A stretch of 64,000 bases of DNA from Nitrososphaerales archaeon (GTDB lineage Archaea; Thermoproteota; Nitrososphaeria; Nitrososphaerales; UBA213): positions 32,001 to 96,000 of the forward strand of contig CBDAOC010000018.1 in the NCBI GenBank assembly GCA_965197925.1, read 5' to 3'. This document shows positions 18,439 to 29,092 of this stretch, one piece after another; within the stretch, counting starts at the first letter, position 1; each line of letters starts with the position of its first letter. The translations under genes were made by a program, and so were the position numbers. The notes below the pieces were generated by a model, which worked only from the letters and a program-made list of their open reading frames with translations, was not told the origin of the DNA and searched no databases.

Positions 18439-19582
18439 TATTCATTTCTTCCTGGCACCAAGTTGAGCACCCGACTATTATTCTATAACCAATGATTAAA
18501 GTGTTTGGTTGTCAGATTGTATAAAAGTTCACCTTCACATTCTCCAATGTAGTAAAGTGCTAAATTTATGAATCTAGTCGATTATTAGCGCTAACTAATC
18601 TCCCGATATCAAATTTGAACGGTTTGTTAAACCCTTTAAAACAAGCATTTTCTACCTTCGTTATTCTTCTGAGACCGTTCCTCTTCTGAGATCCTTCAAT
18701 TCATAATCTAGTTCTATCAAACATTCATAATCTTCTGGTTAATTATTCGATATAGCAAGTTATTGTTATTAATGCTTAAAACCCATTATATTTGGATCCT
18801 AATGATGCCTAGAAGAGCCACTTGATATGTATTGAGAACAACTATGTGTTGAGGGAATCACCTTAATCAAAAGGGAAATCTAGATAGAGATTCATAGATC
18901 TTCACGATCGCTGGTATTATTGTATATAACAATAATTTCAAATCAATGCTGATAGAAATCTAAATACAAATTACAATAATACGATAGAAGCCATGTAGGC
19001 ACTCACGTGATGTTCTAAATTTAAGCCTGATCATGTAATTCGAATTGATCTAACGTTCTAAATAAGTACCATTTGTAAATATCTAGATCCACGACCTGCC
19101 CCCATTATCTGTTAACTGGATTTTCATTTTGTATTTTCTGTTGGGTCAGCAATTTCCAACAAAGAACAGAGAAAGCTAATTTTTCATGCGGATTACACTC
19201 TCCCTTATCAATAATGATCTGTTGTTCTTACCTCTCATCATATTTTATGGAGTAATCACATAGATAGTTTGCCGTTCAATTAGAATCTCTTTGACTGTGA
19301 GTAGCTTAGATCCCTTCGAATAAAAAAATATTGTATTTGCTCAATCTTACAACCAAATCTGGTTTGTATGAGTAACAGTTTTTTTGCATTATTCCTCTCT
19401 AGCTTAACTGAAATACCGCTGTAAATATCCACTTATGGTAAAAATAGATTATTGAAAGATAGAAAGTCTAGACCATCAAGTGCCAACACAATATTGATGA
19501 ATGAGAGTATAATAGTATGATCTTTGTAAAAACAATATCTACTTATTTATTGCTAATCATAATTCATATTGTAAGATCCAAA

Positions 19583-20371
19583 ATGAAAAAACTGATACTG
19601 ATAATCATAATACTTTTGTTGGCAACAACTACTCTTACCTTCGTCGCAGTTGGACAAGAAGATTTCTTGAAATTTGAGAATATGACTTTTAGAATAAGAA
19701 TTCAATATCCCACTAATTGGGAAAAAGTCGAAGATCGTCTTCCTTTGAATGTAATCGTTGTGTTCGATCCCCCAGGAGAAAGTGATTCAGTTATAGGGAT
19801 TGATGGTGTTGACATAGTAATTGCACCGGTACCTCCAAATGTAACACTAGAACAATATACTGAAGATTATATTAATCTACTAGGAGATATTTTTTCTGAG
19901 TTCAGTATAGTCGAGTCAAGTCCGACCACTCTTGCAAATTATCCTGCATATAGAGTGGTGTACACTGGCAAAGTAGAAAGAAATGAGGTTCTTGAAAACG
20001 TACTGTACAGGGATGTCATCCTAAACAAGGTAATGGAAGTCTGGACGCTAAAGGACAGCAAAGCCTACCTCATTTCATATTACGCTGATGAGAAAAAATA
20101 TGATAATCATTTGGAAACCGTACAAAAAATGATTGATTCATTTGAAATAGATACAAATTCGGTATTAGAGGAGAAAAGCGAAGGAGATGTTGGTACTAAC
20201 ATAGAGATTGAGGTTATCATCGGTTTAACTGTTATCATAATAGGAGTAGGTTTGTTTCTGGCCATAAGAGCAATAAAGAGCAAAAGGCAAACCAGCAACA
20301 CCGGTGGCGAAGAACCAGCCTTCACTGACCCCAATGGCGGTGATAGTGGTCCCATATCTGAGAATATATAA
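19583..20371 (+). CDS. PsbP-like domain membrane-anchored protein
   Basis: N-terminal signal peptide MKKLILIII..., IQYPTNW, TTLANYPAYRVVYT, QKMIDSFEI pattern, C-terminal TM helix; start placed at ATG 19583. Confidence 0.75.
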   Translation: MKKLILIIIILLLATTTLTFVAVGQEDFLKFENMTFRIRIQYPTNWEKVEDRLPLNVIVVFDPPGESDSVIGIDGVDIVIAPVPPNVTLEQYTEDYINLLGDIFSEFSIVESSPTTLANYPAYRVVYTGKVERNEVLENVLYRDVILNKVMEVWTLKDSKAYLISYYADEKKYDNHLETVQKMIDSFEIDTNSVLEEKSEGDVGTNIEIEVIIGLTVIIIGVGLFLAIRAIKSKRQTSNTGGEEPAFTDPNGGDSGPISENI

Positions 20372-20661
20372 TTTGAGACTCAAGTGAGAAGTTTTTTAGA
20401 AGACGTTAAACAATTTTTTTCACTGACTCAAATAGTCAATAACAAGTTTGCAAATATTTTGCGCTGTAAACTGTCCAGATCAAGCTATTACATAATATGA
20501 CATAGAATTGATCAGAAATCACCTAAATAAACTCGTTGACAGAGTCAAATTTACAATCTTTAATTTCGAATATGTATATTATGACATTACAGATCATTTA
20601 CAATAACATAAAATGAAAAAGTATTCCTAACGTGATTTTAATAATAAGAATTACGCTGAAT

Positions 20662-22308
20662 TTACTTCCCAAGTTTTCCTTTTTCCAGTTCTATTCCACT
20701 TGCAGCTATCTTCTCGAACAGCGGCTTAACATGGCCTATCTTGTGATTAGATTTTATTAGCAGTTCAGATACGGAATCCCACTTTTGTTGATGCACAGAT
20801 CCTGTCAAATTCAACTGTTTCCATATCTTCTCTGCGGAAAACGGTAAATATGGTTCTAACAAGATTGCCAGTGAACGAACGGCATTTACAGATAAATAAG
20901 TGCAGTTATTTGCACCTTCTGTATTTACCCAAGGTTCCTTTTGTTGAAAGTATTTATTGAAATGAGCAGAAAATCTCAATATCCGTTTCAGAGCCTTATC
21001 TAGTTCATTAGTGCATAGTAATTCACCAACTTCTATTTTTACCCTTTTTATTGCGTCTATACTTTCGTTGTCAGCAATATCATTCTCTGTAGGCTCAGGT
21101 ACGATTCCGTTGAATTTACTACTTGTGAAACTCAAAGTCCTGTTTACAAAATTTCCAATATTCGCTATCAATTCGTTATTTATTCTTGCAGCAAAATCTT
21201 CCCAGTCAAAGTTAAGATCTTGCTGACTAAAAGGAGTTATTGATGCAATGTAATATCTAAGATAATCTGCTGGGTAGCTCTCAAGAAAATCTCTAAGACC
21301 AATGTACCAATTCCTACTCTTTGAAATCTTTTGTGCTTGCAACATGAGATGTCCCCTCGTAGGTATGAAATCTGGCAAACGATACTCTTCATTTATTCCA
21401 AGCCTCATGGCTGGCAGGAACAGGTAATGATGATAAACGATATCTTTTCCAATAAAATGATAAATTTCTGCGTCATTCCAGAACTCCTTCCCATCGATTC
21501 CTTTCTCCTTAAGAAAAGTAAGCAAGGAAGATATGTAGCATAGATGGTTGTCAAACCACCCGTAAAGCACCTTACCTTCAGCTTCATTCAGAGGGATTTG
21601 CACTCCCCAACTAATATCTCGCGTTATATCCCAGTCCTGTAGACCATCCTCGATCCATTTCAACACATAATTCTTCACATCATCTTGTAGGTTTTCGTTA
21701 TTGGTAAGCCAATCCTTAAGCTTTCCAGAAAAGCTTGACAATTTGAAGAAGAAATGATTGGTTTCTTTCTTAATGGGCGTTTCTCCACAAATCGCACACT
21801 TTGGTTCCTGAATTTCAGGTGGCACCCTTCTACACTTCTCACATAAATCTGAATATTGGTTCTCTGCAGCACAATAGGGACATCTGCCTACAACATATCT
21901 ATCTGGCAAGAATTTCTTGTCGTTATTACAGTAGAACTGGATAATCTGTTTAGCGTAAATAAAGCCATTATGATATAATTTATTGAAAACATATCTCGCA
22001 AATTCGACATTTTCATATGAACTTGTCTGGTAAAAAAAATCAAATGAAATTCCTAGCTTTGTGAAATCCTCATAATCACGGTCATGCCAATGAGCAACGT
22101 ATTCTTCAGGGTCCTTTGCCTCCTTCTCTGCCCTAATTAATATTGGAGTGCCAAAGTCATCGGTAGCACAAATGTATACTACATCACTCCCCTTTAGTCT
22201 GGAGTATCTCGTGAAAATATCTGCAGGCAAATATGTTGATGAAATATGTCCTAGATGAATTTCACCATTCGCATAGGGTAACGCGCTGGTAACGACTACC
22301 TTCTCCAT
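20662..22308 (-). CDS. metG: Methionyl-tRNA synthetase (no C-terminal Trbp domain)
   Basis: ALPYANGEIHLGH, Zn knuckles, DWDITRD..WG, FIGKDI, KISKS. Confidence 0.97.
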   Translation of the reverse strand: MEKVVVTSALPYANGEIHLGHISSTYLPADIFTRYSRLKGSDVVYICATDDFGTPILIRAEKEAKDPEEYVAHWHDRDYEDFTKLGISFDFFYQTSSYENVEFARYVFNKLYHNGFIYAKQIIQFYCNNDKKFLPDRYVVGRCPYCAAENQYSDLCEKCRRVPPEIQEPKCAICGETPIKKETNHFFFKLSSFSGKLKDWLTNNENLQDDVKNYVLKWIEDGLQDWDITRDISWGVQIPLNEAEGKVLYGWFDNHLCYISSLLTFLKEKGIDGKEFWNDAEIYHFIGKDIVYHHYLFLPAMRLGINEEYRLPDFIPTRGHLMLQAQKISKSRNWYIGLRDFLESYPADYLRYYIASITPFSQQDLNFDWEDFAARINNELIANIGNFVNRTLSFTSSKFNGIVPEPTENDIADNESIDAIKRVKIEVGELLCTNELDKALKRILRFSAHFNKYFQQKEPWVNTEGANNCTYLSVNAVRSLAILLEPYLPFSAEKIWKQLNLTGSVHQQKWDSVSELLIKSNHKIGHVKPLFEKIAASGIELEKGKLGK

Positions 22309-22339
22309 TCTGCCGCACCCACAGATTTTGGAGAGTTAC

Positions 22340-23584
22340 CTATCTCCAGCTTTTGGCATATTGGGCTTGTTCTTTTGTTTGTTTGTCTATCTTTACTCCC
22401 ATTGCCTCTAGAGAGTTGATTGCTACTCGAGAATCGATCTCATCAGGTACATTATGTACAGCCTTGGCCATTTTCGAGTGATTTTCTGCGATATAGATTA
22501 TTGATAGTAATTGGTTCGAAAATGATAATGCCATTACTTCGGGCGGGTGCCCTTCCGCCGCTACAAGGTTTGCTATTCTGCCCTCTCCTATCAAGTACAC
22601 CTTCTTATTATTCTTCAACGTATATTCTTCCAAGTTATTTCGGACCATGCGTTTTGATTTGTTATCATTCCTCAAATAATTCGTATCAACCTCAACATCG
22701 AAGTGACCTGCGTTGGCAAGTACAGCACCATCTTTCATACTTTCAATATGATCCTTATTGATAACACCTGTCTGACCTGTTGCTGTAACGAAGATATCTC
22801 CAATCCTGGCAGCTTCCTCCATTGGGATTACAGTGAAACCATCCATATGTGCTTCAAGTGCCTTTATAGGATCAACTTCTGTCACAACAACCTTAGCATT
22901 AAGACCCCTAGCCCTGCTTGCTATTCCTCTTCCAACCCATCCATAGCCACAAACAACAAAGTTTTTGCCAGCTATCAAAAGAGAGGTAGCACGTAATATC
23001 CCATCCATTGTGCTCTGACCTGTACCGTATCGATTGTCGAATAGATGCTTCGTATAAGCATTGTTAACCGCAATAACCGGATATCGTAAAAGACCATCGT
23101 TTTCCAATGCCTTTAACCTTACAACTCCAGTAGTAGTTTCTTCGGTACCTCCCATAGTATCAAAATTAGAAAACTCCTTCTCATTATGCATTGCAATGTG
23201 GGTATCAGATCCATCATCGGTAATTACATCTGGTTTATCCCTGATAATTCTCCTTATGCAGTCATCATACTCTTGTTTATTTTGACCACGCCAAGCGTAA
23301 ACATTAATCCCTTCCGACGCGAGGAACGCTGCTATATCGTCCTGAGTCGATAGGGGGTTAGCAGCACACATGCTAACATCCGCCCCAAGCGTTTTAGCTC
23401 CAATTGCAAGAGCAGATGTTTCTTTAGTAATATGCAAACAGAAACTTACTCGTATCCCATGTAATGGTCTATTTTCAGCGAGCTTTTCAACTGTCCTGCC
23501 AAGTATCTGCATATGAGAACTTGCCCACTCGTAAGATAACTTTCCTCTACCAGCTAGTTTCTCATCTGCTATCATACTACTCAT
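22340..23584 (-). CDS. ahcY: Adenosylhomocysteinase
   Basis: HITKET, NPLSTQD, GTEETTTG, FDNRYGTGQS, GYGWVGRG, NAGHFD, EGHP; start placed at MSSMIAD. Confidence 0.96.
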   Translation of the reverse strand: MSSMIADEKLAGRGKLSYEWASSHMQILGRTVEKLAENRPLHGIRVSFCLHITKETSALAIGAKTLGADVSMCAANPLSTQDDIAAFLASEGINVYAWRGQNKQEYDDCIRRIIRDKPDVITDDGSDTHIAMHNEKEFSNFDTMGGTEETTTGVVRLKALENDGLLRYPVIAVNNAYTKHLFDNRYGTGQSTMDGILRATSLLIAGKNFVVCGYGWVGRGIASRARGLNAKVVVTEVDPIKALEAHMDGFTVIPMEEAARIGDIFVTATGQTGVINKDHIESMKDGAVLANAGHFDVEVDTNYLRNDNKSKRMVRNNLEEYTLKNNKKVYLIGEGRIANLVAAEGHPPEVMALSFSNQLLSIIYIAENHSKMAKAVHNVPDEIDSRVAINSLEAMGVKIDKQTKEQAQYAKSWR

Positions 23585-23626
23585 ATGAAAAACATCATAT
23601 AACATAATAATAAAAATCATTCTATA

Positions 23627-23932
23627 ATGGTTTGGACTAACCTAGGAACGAAAGAGAAGGTTGGTATTGGAAAAGGGAAAGAGTTTAATGTTAATGATAA
23701 GAGGATCGCTGTTTTCAATGTCAATGGTAACTATTACGCCATTGAAGCATTGTGTAGACATCAAGATGGTCCTCTTGCATCGGGTATGTTGAAAGGAGAA
23801 ATTGTCGAATGTCCTTGGCATTTCTGGCACTACAATGTAACGACAGGAGAGTTGCTGGATTATCTAAATGGCGTTAAACTTACTACGTATTCCATCGAAG
23901 TAAGGGACAATGATATCTATGTAGAGACTTGA
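23627..23932 (+). CDS. Rieske [2Fe-2S] ferredoxin
   Basis: CRH...CPWH ligands. Confidence 0.9.
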   Translation: MVWTNLGTKEKVGIGKGKEFNVNDKRIAVFNVNGNYYAIEALCRHQDGPLASGMLKGEIVECPWHFWHYNVTTGELLDYLNGVKLTTYSIEVRDNDIYVET

Positions 23933-24022
23933 ACTTTGGATATGAATTTCTAATTTGAGTTTATTTAAATCACAATTTCTCGCGAAATGGTTTATTATCC
24001 ATGAGTGTATCCAAGCCCTTAG

Positions 24023-24799
24023 TTGATAGTCGGTGAAATGACAAATTTAGAATATGGAAAAATTAGACAGAATATAGTCTCCTTCCTGAAGAAGGAACTT
24101 AAATCTTCTAGAAGGAGTGGTTATGTAGTAGGACTCAGTGGCGGTCTTGATTCCTCAGTGGTTACCAGTTTGGCATTCGAAGCAGTAAATAGAAAATTGT
24201 TGGCTTTGATATTACCTAGTAAGGTAACACCTGTTCAGGATATTAAGGATGCAGTGACATTATCAAAAAAATTGAAAGTTAAATACAATATCATAGATTT
24301 GGAGCAAGTTCATTCGTGCTTAGTTCTTAAAATGCAGAAAAACAGGGCAGCTTCTGGAAACTTACTTGCGAGGCTACGAATGTGTATGCTTTATTACTAT
24401 GCAAACCAAAACGACCTACTGGTCCTTGGTACAAGCGATAAAAGTGAGTTATTAATAGGGTACTTTACAAAATATGGCGACGGGGGGGCAGATATCATGC
24501 CGATTGCATCACTATACAAAGTTCAGGTTAAGGCTTTAGGTAGATATCTCCATATTCAGGATTCGATATTAACCAAGAAGATTGGACCGATTTTGTGGAA
24601 GAATCACTTTGCAGAAGATGAGATTGGAATGACCTATGAACAAGTGGACAGCATACTTTACTGTTTGCATGATCTGAAACAATCTCCAAACCGGACTTCT
24701 GTAAAACTTGGTATACCATTAAAAAAGGTGGTGAAGATTAAGAATATGCATGACCAAAGTAGACATAAACGAATGGGTGCAAAGATTTGTAAGCTTTGA
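24023..24799 (+). CDS. nadE: NH3-dependent NAD+ synthetase
   Basis: GLSGGLDSS, GNLLARLRM, GTSDKSE...GYFTKYGDG, HKR. Confidence 0.95.
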   Translation: MIVGEMTNLEYGKIRQNIVSFLKKELKSSRRSGYVVGLSGGLDSSVVTSLAFEAVNRKLLALILPSKVTPVQDIKDAVTLSKKLKVKYNIIDLEQVHSCLVLKMQKNRAASGNLLARLRMCMLYYYANQNDLLVLGTSDKSELLIGYFTKYGDGGADIMPIASLYKVQVKALGRYLHIQDSILTKKIGPILWKNHFAEDEIGMTYEQVDSILYCLHDLKQSPNRTSVKLGIPLKKVVKIKNMHDQSRHKRMGAKICKL

Positions 24800-25066
24800 T
24801 TGTGAGACCAGTCTCTATCCTACCTCTAGTTATGCCTTTAGCTTGCATTATGACGAATACAAGATTTGCCTGTAAATTTTGCCAGTAAGATAGATAGATA
24901 TTATGAGTGCCTTGGAAATTTGTTCTTTAAAACCTGTATAACTTAACTCTCTTCGCAAATAACGAAGATTTGGAATATTAAGAGCAATTAAAATGTAATA
25001 ACACTCTTTTGAATCGATAGAATTTTCAGATCTATTGAGGGCTTAAATACCGGATCCATTATAGAA

Positions 25067-25666
25067 GTGGATAAGATGACAATGCCTGGGTCAGGTAGTG
25101 CTAGAAAAAGTAGGATGCTTAGGATGGGTGTCATCTTTGGAGCATTTATAGCTATAAGTTTAGTAAGCGGTCTTTTTCAGGATGATGATGATGAAAATGA
25201 GAGCGCAACTAATACTGTTGACGAACTAGAAGAGGAAATTGAGGTTAGCCAACGGGCTCCAGAGGTTTCCTCAATGGGAGAACAAGTCATGGTATCGGGT
25301 TTATCATATGACGTTACACATGCTTCTGTAAGTGACAGTTTGCCAACTGCTGGTTTGTCGGAACAGCCTAAGGAAGAGTATTTGTTAATAACAATGTATG
25401 TGACAAATTCAAGCAATGAACCAAGAACAGAATTGAAAGAGTTTGACTTTACACTCACAGATTCTGAAAACCGCAAGTTTAATGTGATAAAAGCTCTTTC
25501 ACCCTACTTTGGTGAATCATGGAGTACTCTTCAACCAGGTATTACAGGATATAGGGGTCTTGTCTTTCAAATACCGGTCGATAGCGAGTTAGAATACAAT
25601 TTGCTAGTTGGAGATGATAATATAGTACCGCTAGGGGCAGGCAATAATTTTGTTGTCATGGAGTAA
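25067..25666 (+). CDS. Membrane-anchored DUF4352-like (Ig-fold) protein
   Basis: N-terminal TM, acidic linker, YLLITMYVTN, FTLTDSENR, LQPG...GLVFQIP. Confidence 0.65.
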   Translation: MDKMTMPGSGSARKSRMLRMGVIFGAFIAISLVSGLFQDDDDENESATNTVDELEEEIEVSQRAPEVSSMGEQVMVSGLSYDVTHASVSDSLPTAGLSEQPKEEYLLITMYVTNSSNEPRTELKEFDFTLTDSENRKFNVIKALSPYFGESWSTLQPGITGYRGLVFQIPVDSELEYNLLVGDDNIVPLGAGNNFVVME

Positions 25667-26066
25667 GTTCAGGATGAAGGATTGGATAAACCATAATTGT
25701 TAATATTTTGCGGTTAAACATAAATTTTCCAAGTAGAAAGTTTCAACAGAATGGGTTTAAGTACGGTACTAGTGGTGAGAGGGTATTATACCCCCAATAT
25801 ATTGGACTGAAATGATTGTGAGATAATTCTTTACAATGCAAAATCTTTCTTGTTAGGGAACTGATTTTCCTATATCCTTGATGTTAATAGTCAAATCTAA
25901 ATTACGAACAATTTTATGTTGAATATGTCTAAAATATTTGTTATTTATATCCCTAATATCTAAAAGGTCAAGAGTTATTTTTGATTCATTCAAACTATTC
26001 TTTTATATAAAAAAATATCAAAGGGGATCCCGTTTCGTCTAGACCAACTTTTCATTTTACAATTAA

Positions 26067-26996
26067 TTAATCGGGCTGAGTAGCCAAGGTAGTGATATCG
26101 ATGAATGGCATTGCTCCTCCTCCACCCATCGCTATTGGCAATTTTCCATTCCATTTGTTTATCGCCTGCCACTTTAGATAATCGGGGCTTGATTTGAGTT
26201 GTTCTTGTATTATCAATATTGCTTCAGCTTCACCTTTTGCCTGTGCAATATTTGCGTTCGCGTTACCAATAGCCTCGGCTTCTCTTGATTCTGCTTGTAC
26301 TCGCACCTTTTCAAGGACATTTCTCTCTCTCTCTGCTTCCTGTTGTGCTACCACCTTTAGCTCAATGGATCTAGCGAAATCAGCTGAAAATTGGAAGTCA
26401 GTTATGAAGACCTGTTCTACAATAAGACCTCTACTGATCAATGTCTCACTGATTGTATCACCAATTCTTGCCTTTGCCTCTTCTCTTTTAGTGATCAATT
26501 CTTCGGCTACAAACTTTGCAGTACTCCCTTTCACAGATTCCTGTATGGTGGGTGCAATTAATCTAGCAGCATAATCTTCTCCAAGTTCCTGATAAAGAGT
26601 TTGGACAACCGCGGGATCTACATGAAAATTCAAGGCAACTGCAGTCGTTACTACTTGAAGGTCGGCGGAAGATGAGCTCGCATCTGCCTCATACTTTAGG
26701 GTCCTCACTTCCATTTGTATAACTTGTTCCACAAACGGAGTTATGAAGGAGAAGCCTTCAGGAAGTACTCTATCTTCAACGGCACCAAAATATAAAACCA
26801 CTCCACGATGACCTGCCTCTACGATTACTACAGACTGTGAGATTATTACCAAAATGATTATAGCCGTCACTATTCCAAGACCAAGCTTCGTTTTGCTCTC
26901 TTGTGACCCAGGTCTGCTAGGTCTAGGTCTATCACGGACCACCTCTGCCTCCTCTGGTTCACCTTCTTTTCTAAATTTCTTAAATGGATTACCCAT
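26067..26996 (-). CDS. SPFH/band 7 (prohibitin-like) membrane protein
   Basis: TM then VEAGHRGV, EGFSFITPF, SADLQ, AEELITKR, FS..F..SIE.KVVAQQ, AKGEAEA, KWNGKLP. Confidence 0.92.
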   Translation of the reverse strand: MGNPFKKFRKEGEPEEAEVVRDRPRPSRPGSQESKTKLGLGIVTAIIILVIISQSVVIVEAGHRGVVLYFGAVEDRVLPEGFSFITPFVEQVIQMEVRTLKYEADASSSSADLQVVTTAVALNFHVDPAVVQTLYQELGEDYAARLIAPTIQESVKGSTAKFVAEELITKREEAKARIGDTISETLISRGLIVEQVFITDFQFSADFARSIELKVVAQQEAERERNVLEKVRVQAESREAEAIGNANANIAQAKGEAEAILIIQEQLKSSPDYLKWQAINKWNGKLPIAMGGGGAMPFIDITTLATQPD

Positions 26997-27085
26997 ATAT
27001 GTTCAACGTGATATGTTCATCTTATTACATTAATATGTTTTTAATGTGAATTCAAAGATTAAATTTTTAGAAAAGATTAATATTA

Positions 27086-27412
27086 TCAAAGGGAATCGTG
27101 CGAGATTATTTGACCCCTCTTAATTATCATGCAACAGGAACAATAAGCTTTTACGCAATCTGTTGCCTCTATGTGCTTACATATATGACACCTGCATTCC
27201 TGCCCTTCAGTATCAGCCTGTATTTGCTCTAGTTGCTTGTTCTTGTTTTGTCTCCAGTAGTAATAAAACCACATTCCTCCCAAGGCTAAAGCTATCAACA
27301 GCAATGGTCTTACTGCAAGTAATGGAATATGGAAAACCAGCAGGCTGATCGCTATCAGACCGGTGCCGATCGCCAATATCATAATGTACTTATTGAGATT
27401 CATCCATATCAC
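27086..27412 (-). CDS. Small membrane protein with C-terminal Cys/His cluster
   Basis: Two hydrophobic helices followed by CRCHICKH...C....CSCC. Confidence 0.65.
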   Translation of the reverse strand: MIWMNLNKYIMILAIGTGLIAISLLVFHIPLLAVRPLLLIALALGGMWFYYYWRQNKNKQLEQIQADTEGQECRCHICKHIEATDCVKAYCSCCMIIKRGQIISHDSL

Positions 27413-28002
27413 ATATTACCATGCAATACATTTGAATTGTTACGTGATATAATCATTTTTCTTTCATTGTTAAGCACCCAACGAGTTTAAGATTTTCTCT
27501 CATATCCGATATATACTCTATAGTAACAACTCAGGATATTGTTATCACTAACGAGAGACCGATAAAGGAGTGATGAGAAAGATGACCCTAGGAAAATACA
27601 CCTCTAGTGAAGTTTGTCTAGGAGATACATACAAATGTTTTTTATCTTGTTTCAGATCGTAATATAGAATAAATCTTGCTTGATAAGGAAATATGTAAAT
27701 GCCTAAGAAAGGAACGCAGTAAATTCGTATATTTAACTTCTGCATCTCATGCTACTGGTCGGCTACTTTGTATGATGGAAAATGTATCCCCTGTCCTTTG
27801 TATGATGGAAATATCTATAGCAGAAGAATTAAAGTTAATACAAAATATAATCCACAGAATACCGGCACCCATGCCTTAGGTGCATTAACAATTCAAAAAG
27901 ATGGCGCTGGAAAGGTGACAATTAATGTAGACTAAACTTTATTTTAGTACAAATCCTTCGTAGTTTGTTTAACAATAATTCAATTCTATCAAATGAAGTA
28001 CA

Positions 28003-28275
28003 TTAATCATCAATTCCAAGATCCTCTGTTAATGTAATTACACGATGTGTGACTAAAGAAATATTGTCACTCATAGCCAGTTCATCTTTTAACGTAATTT
28101 CTGTTCTCCCTTCTAGTTTAGCGCTTCCTTTTTGCAAATTAAATTGATGTTCAATCATGGGACTAGAATTCCCTTCTTCCAGATTGCTTTGATAAGATAT
28201 GTTAGAGCCTAATGCTATTGCTCCAAAAGTCACTGCCACTACAACTGTCATTATCAAGATATTCCTTCTACTCAT
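28003..28275 (-). CDS. Hypothetical secreted/anchored protein
   Basis: MSRRNILIMTVVVAVTFGAIALG signal-like N terminus; 90 aa. Confidence 0.5.
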   Translation of the reverse strand: MSRRNILIMTVVVAVTFGAIALGSNISYQSNLEEGNSSPMIEHQFNLQKGSAKLEGRTEITLKDELAMSDNISLVTHRVITLTEDLGIDD

Positions 28276-29092
28276 ACCTACTATTGAAAGAGGGTACGTT
28301 GAATATTGACTTTATGTACTTGTAATGATGTATCTGTGATGCTGTTAATTGAAAGGAAATATTACTAATCTGAAGAAAATCTTGATAATTAATATTGGCC
28401 GACTATTATATTTAGAATCACGATTAATACAAGAAAATTGTTAATCAGAATACAAGATGCATTAGAGTATCATATGCTCTATCAAGGATATACATTGCCA
28501 TACCCTTGTAGGTTGATAAACCTCTGATAAATAGTATCAAAAAGCGGAACCGTTTTAGCTATGCCAAGATCCGTATTTTACAGGTGTGTTTTATGCCTAG
28601 ATAGCTGACCTCCTCCATCAAAACCGACATTACAAAGTCGATTAAATTAAATAATGTTACCAGAGTTATTTAGGTCGTCTCAAAACCCTTTAACGGTTAA
28701 TGAAATTTCTGCGATCGATATATTTGCCAGTACAGGGTTCCGGAGATCAACGATTCGTTATGAAAGATCATGGGAAACGTACATGGGATTTCCGCATCTA
28801 GCAGCATCCATAATGCATTGGAAAGTTTTGAGATGACTTCATTATTACCTTCTATAGATGATATAAAAACTACCTCATTATTTTCCATACTTTTCCATAC
28901 ATTATTTATACAATAATAATTATCAATTTCAACAGGGATCAAACATAATCTCCCTGCTAGTAGATATACTCTAATCAACATAGTGAGATACACCGAATTG
29001 TGTGAGACCTCAAAGTGCTATATACATTTCATGATTATAGCAGCAGCGAGGCTTAACTGTGTGCTTATTAACTAGCTTTATCGTAGTGAATT

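Noticed and set aside
18440..19516. About 1.1 kb ORF-poor intergenic tract with a short TCTTCTGAGA repeat
   Set aside because: No RNA structure, array or recognisable protein remnant could be supported.
27766..27812. Direct repeat CTTTGTATGATGGAAA occurring twice
   Set aside because: Only two units about 31 bp apart; not a CRISPR array, more likely a local duplication in a decayed ORF.
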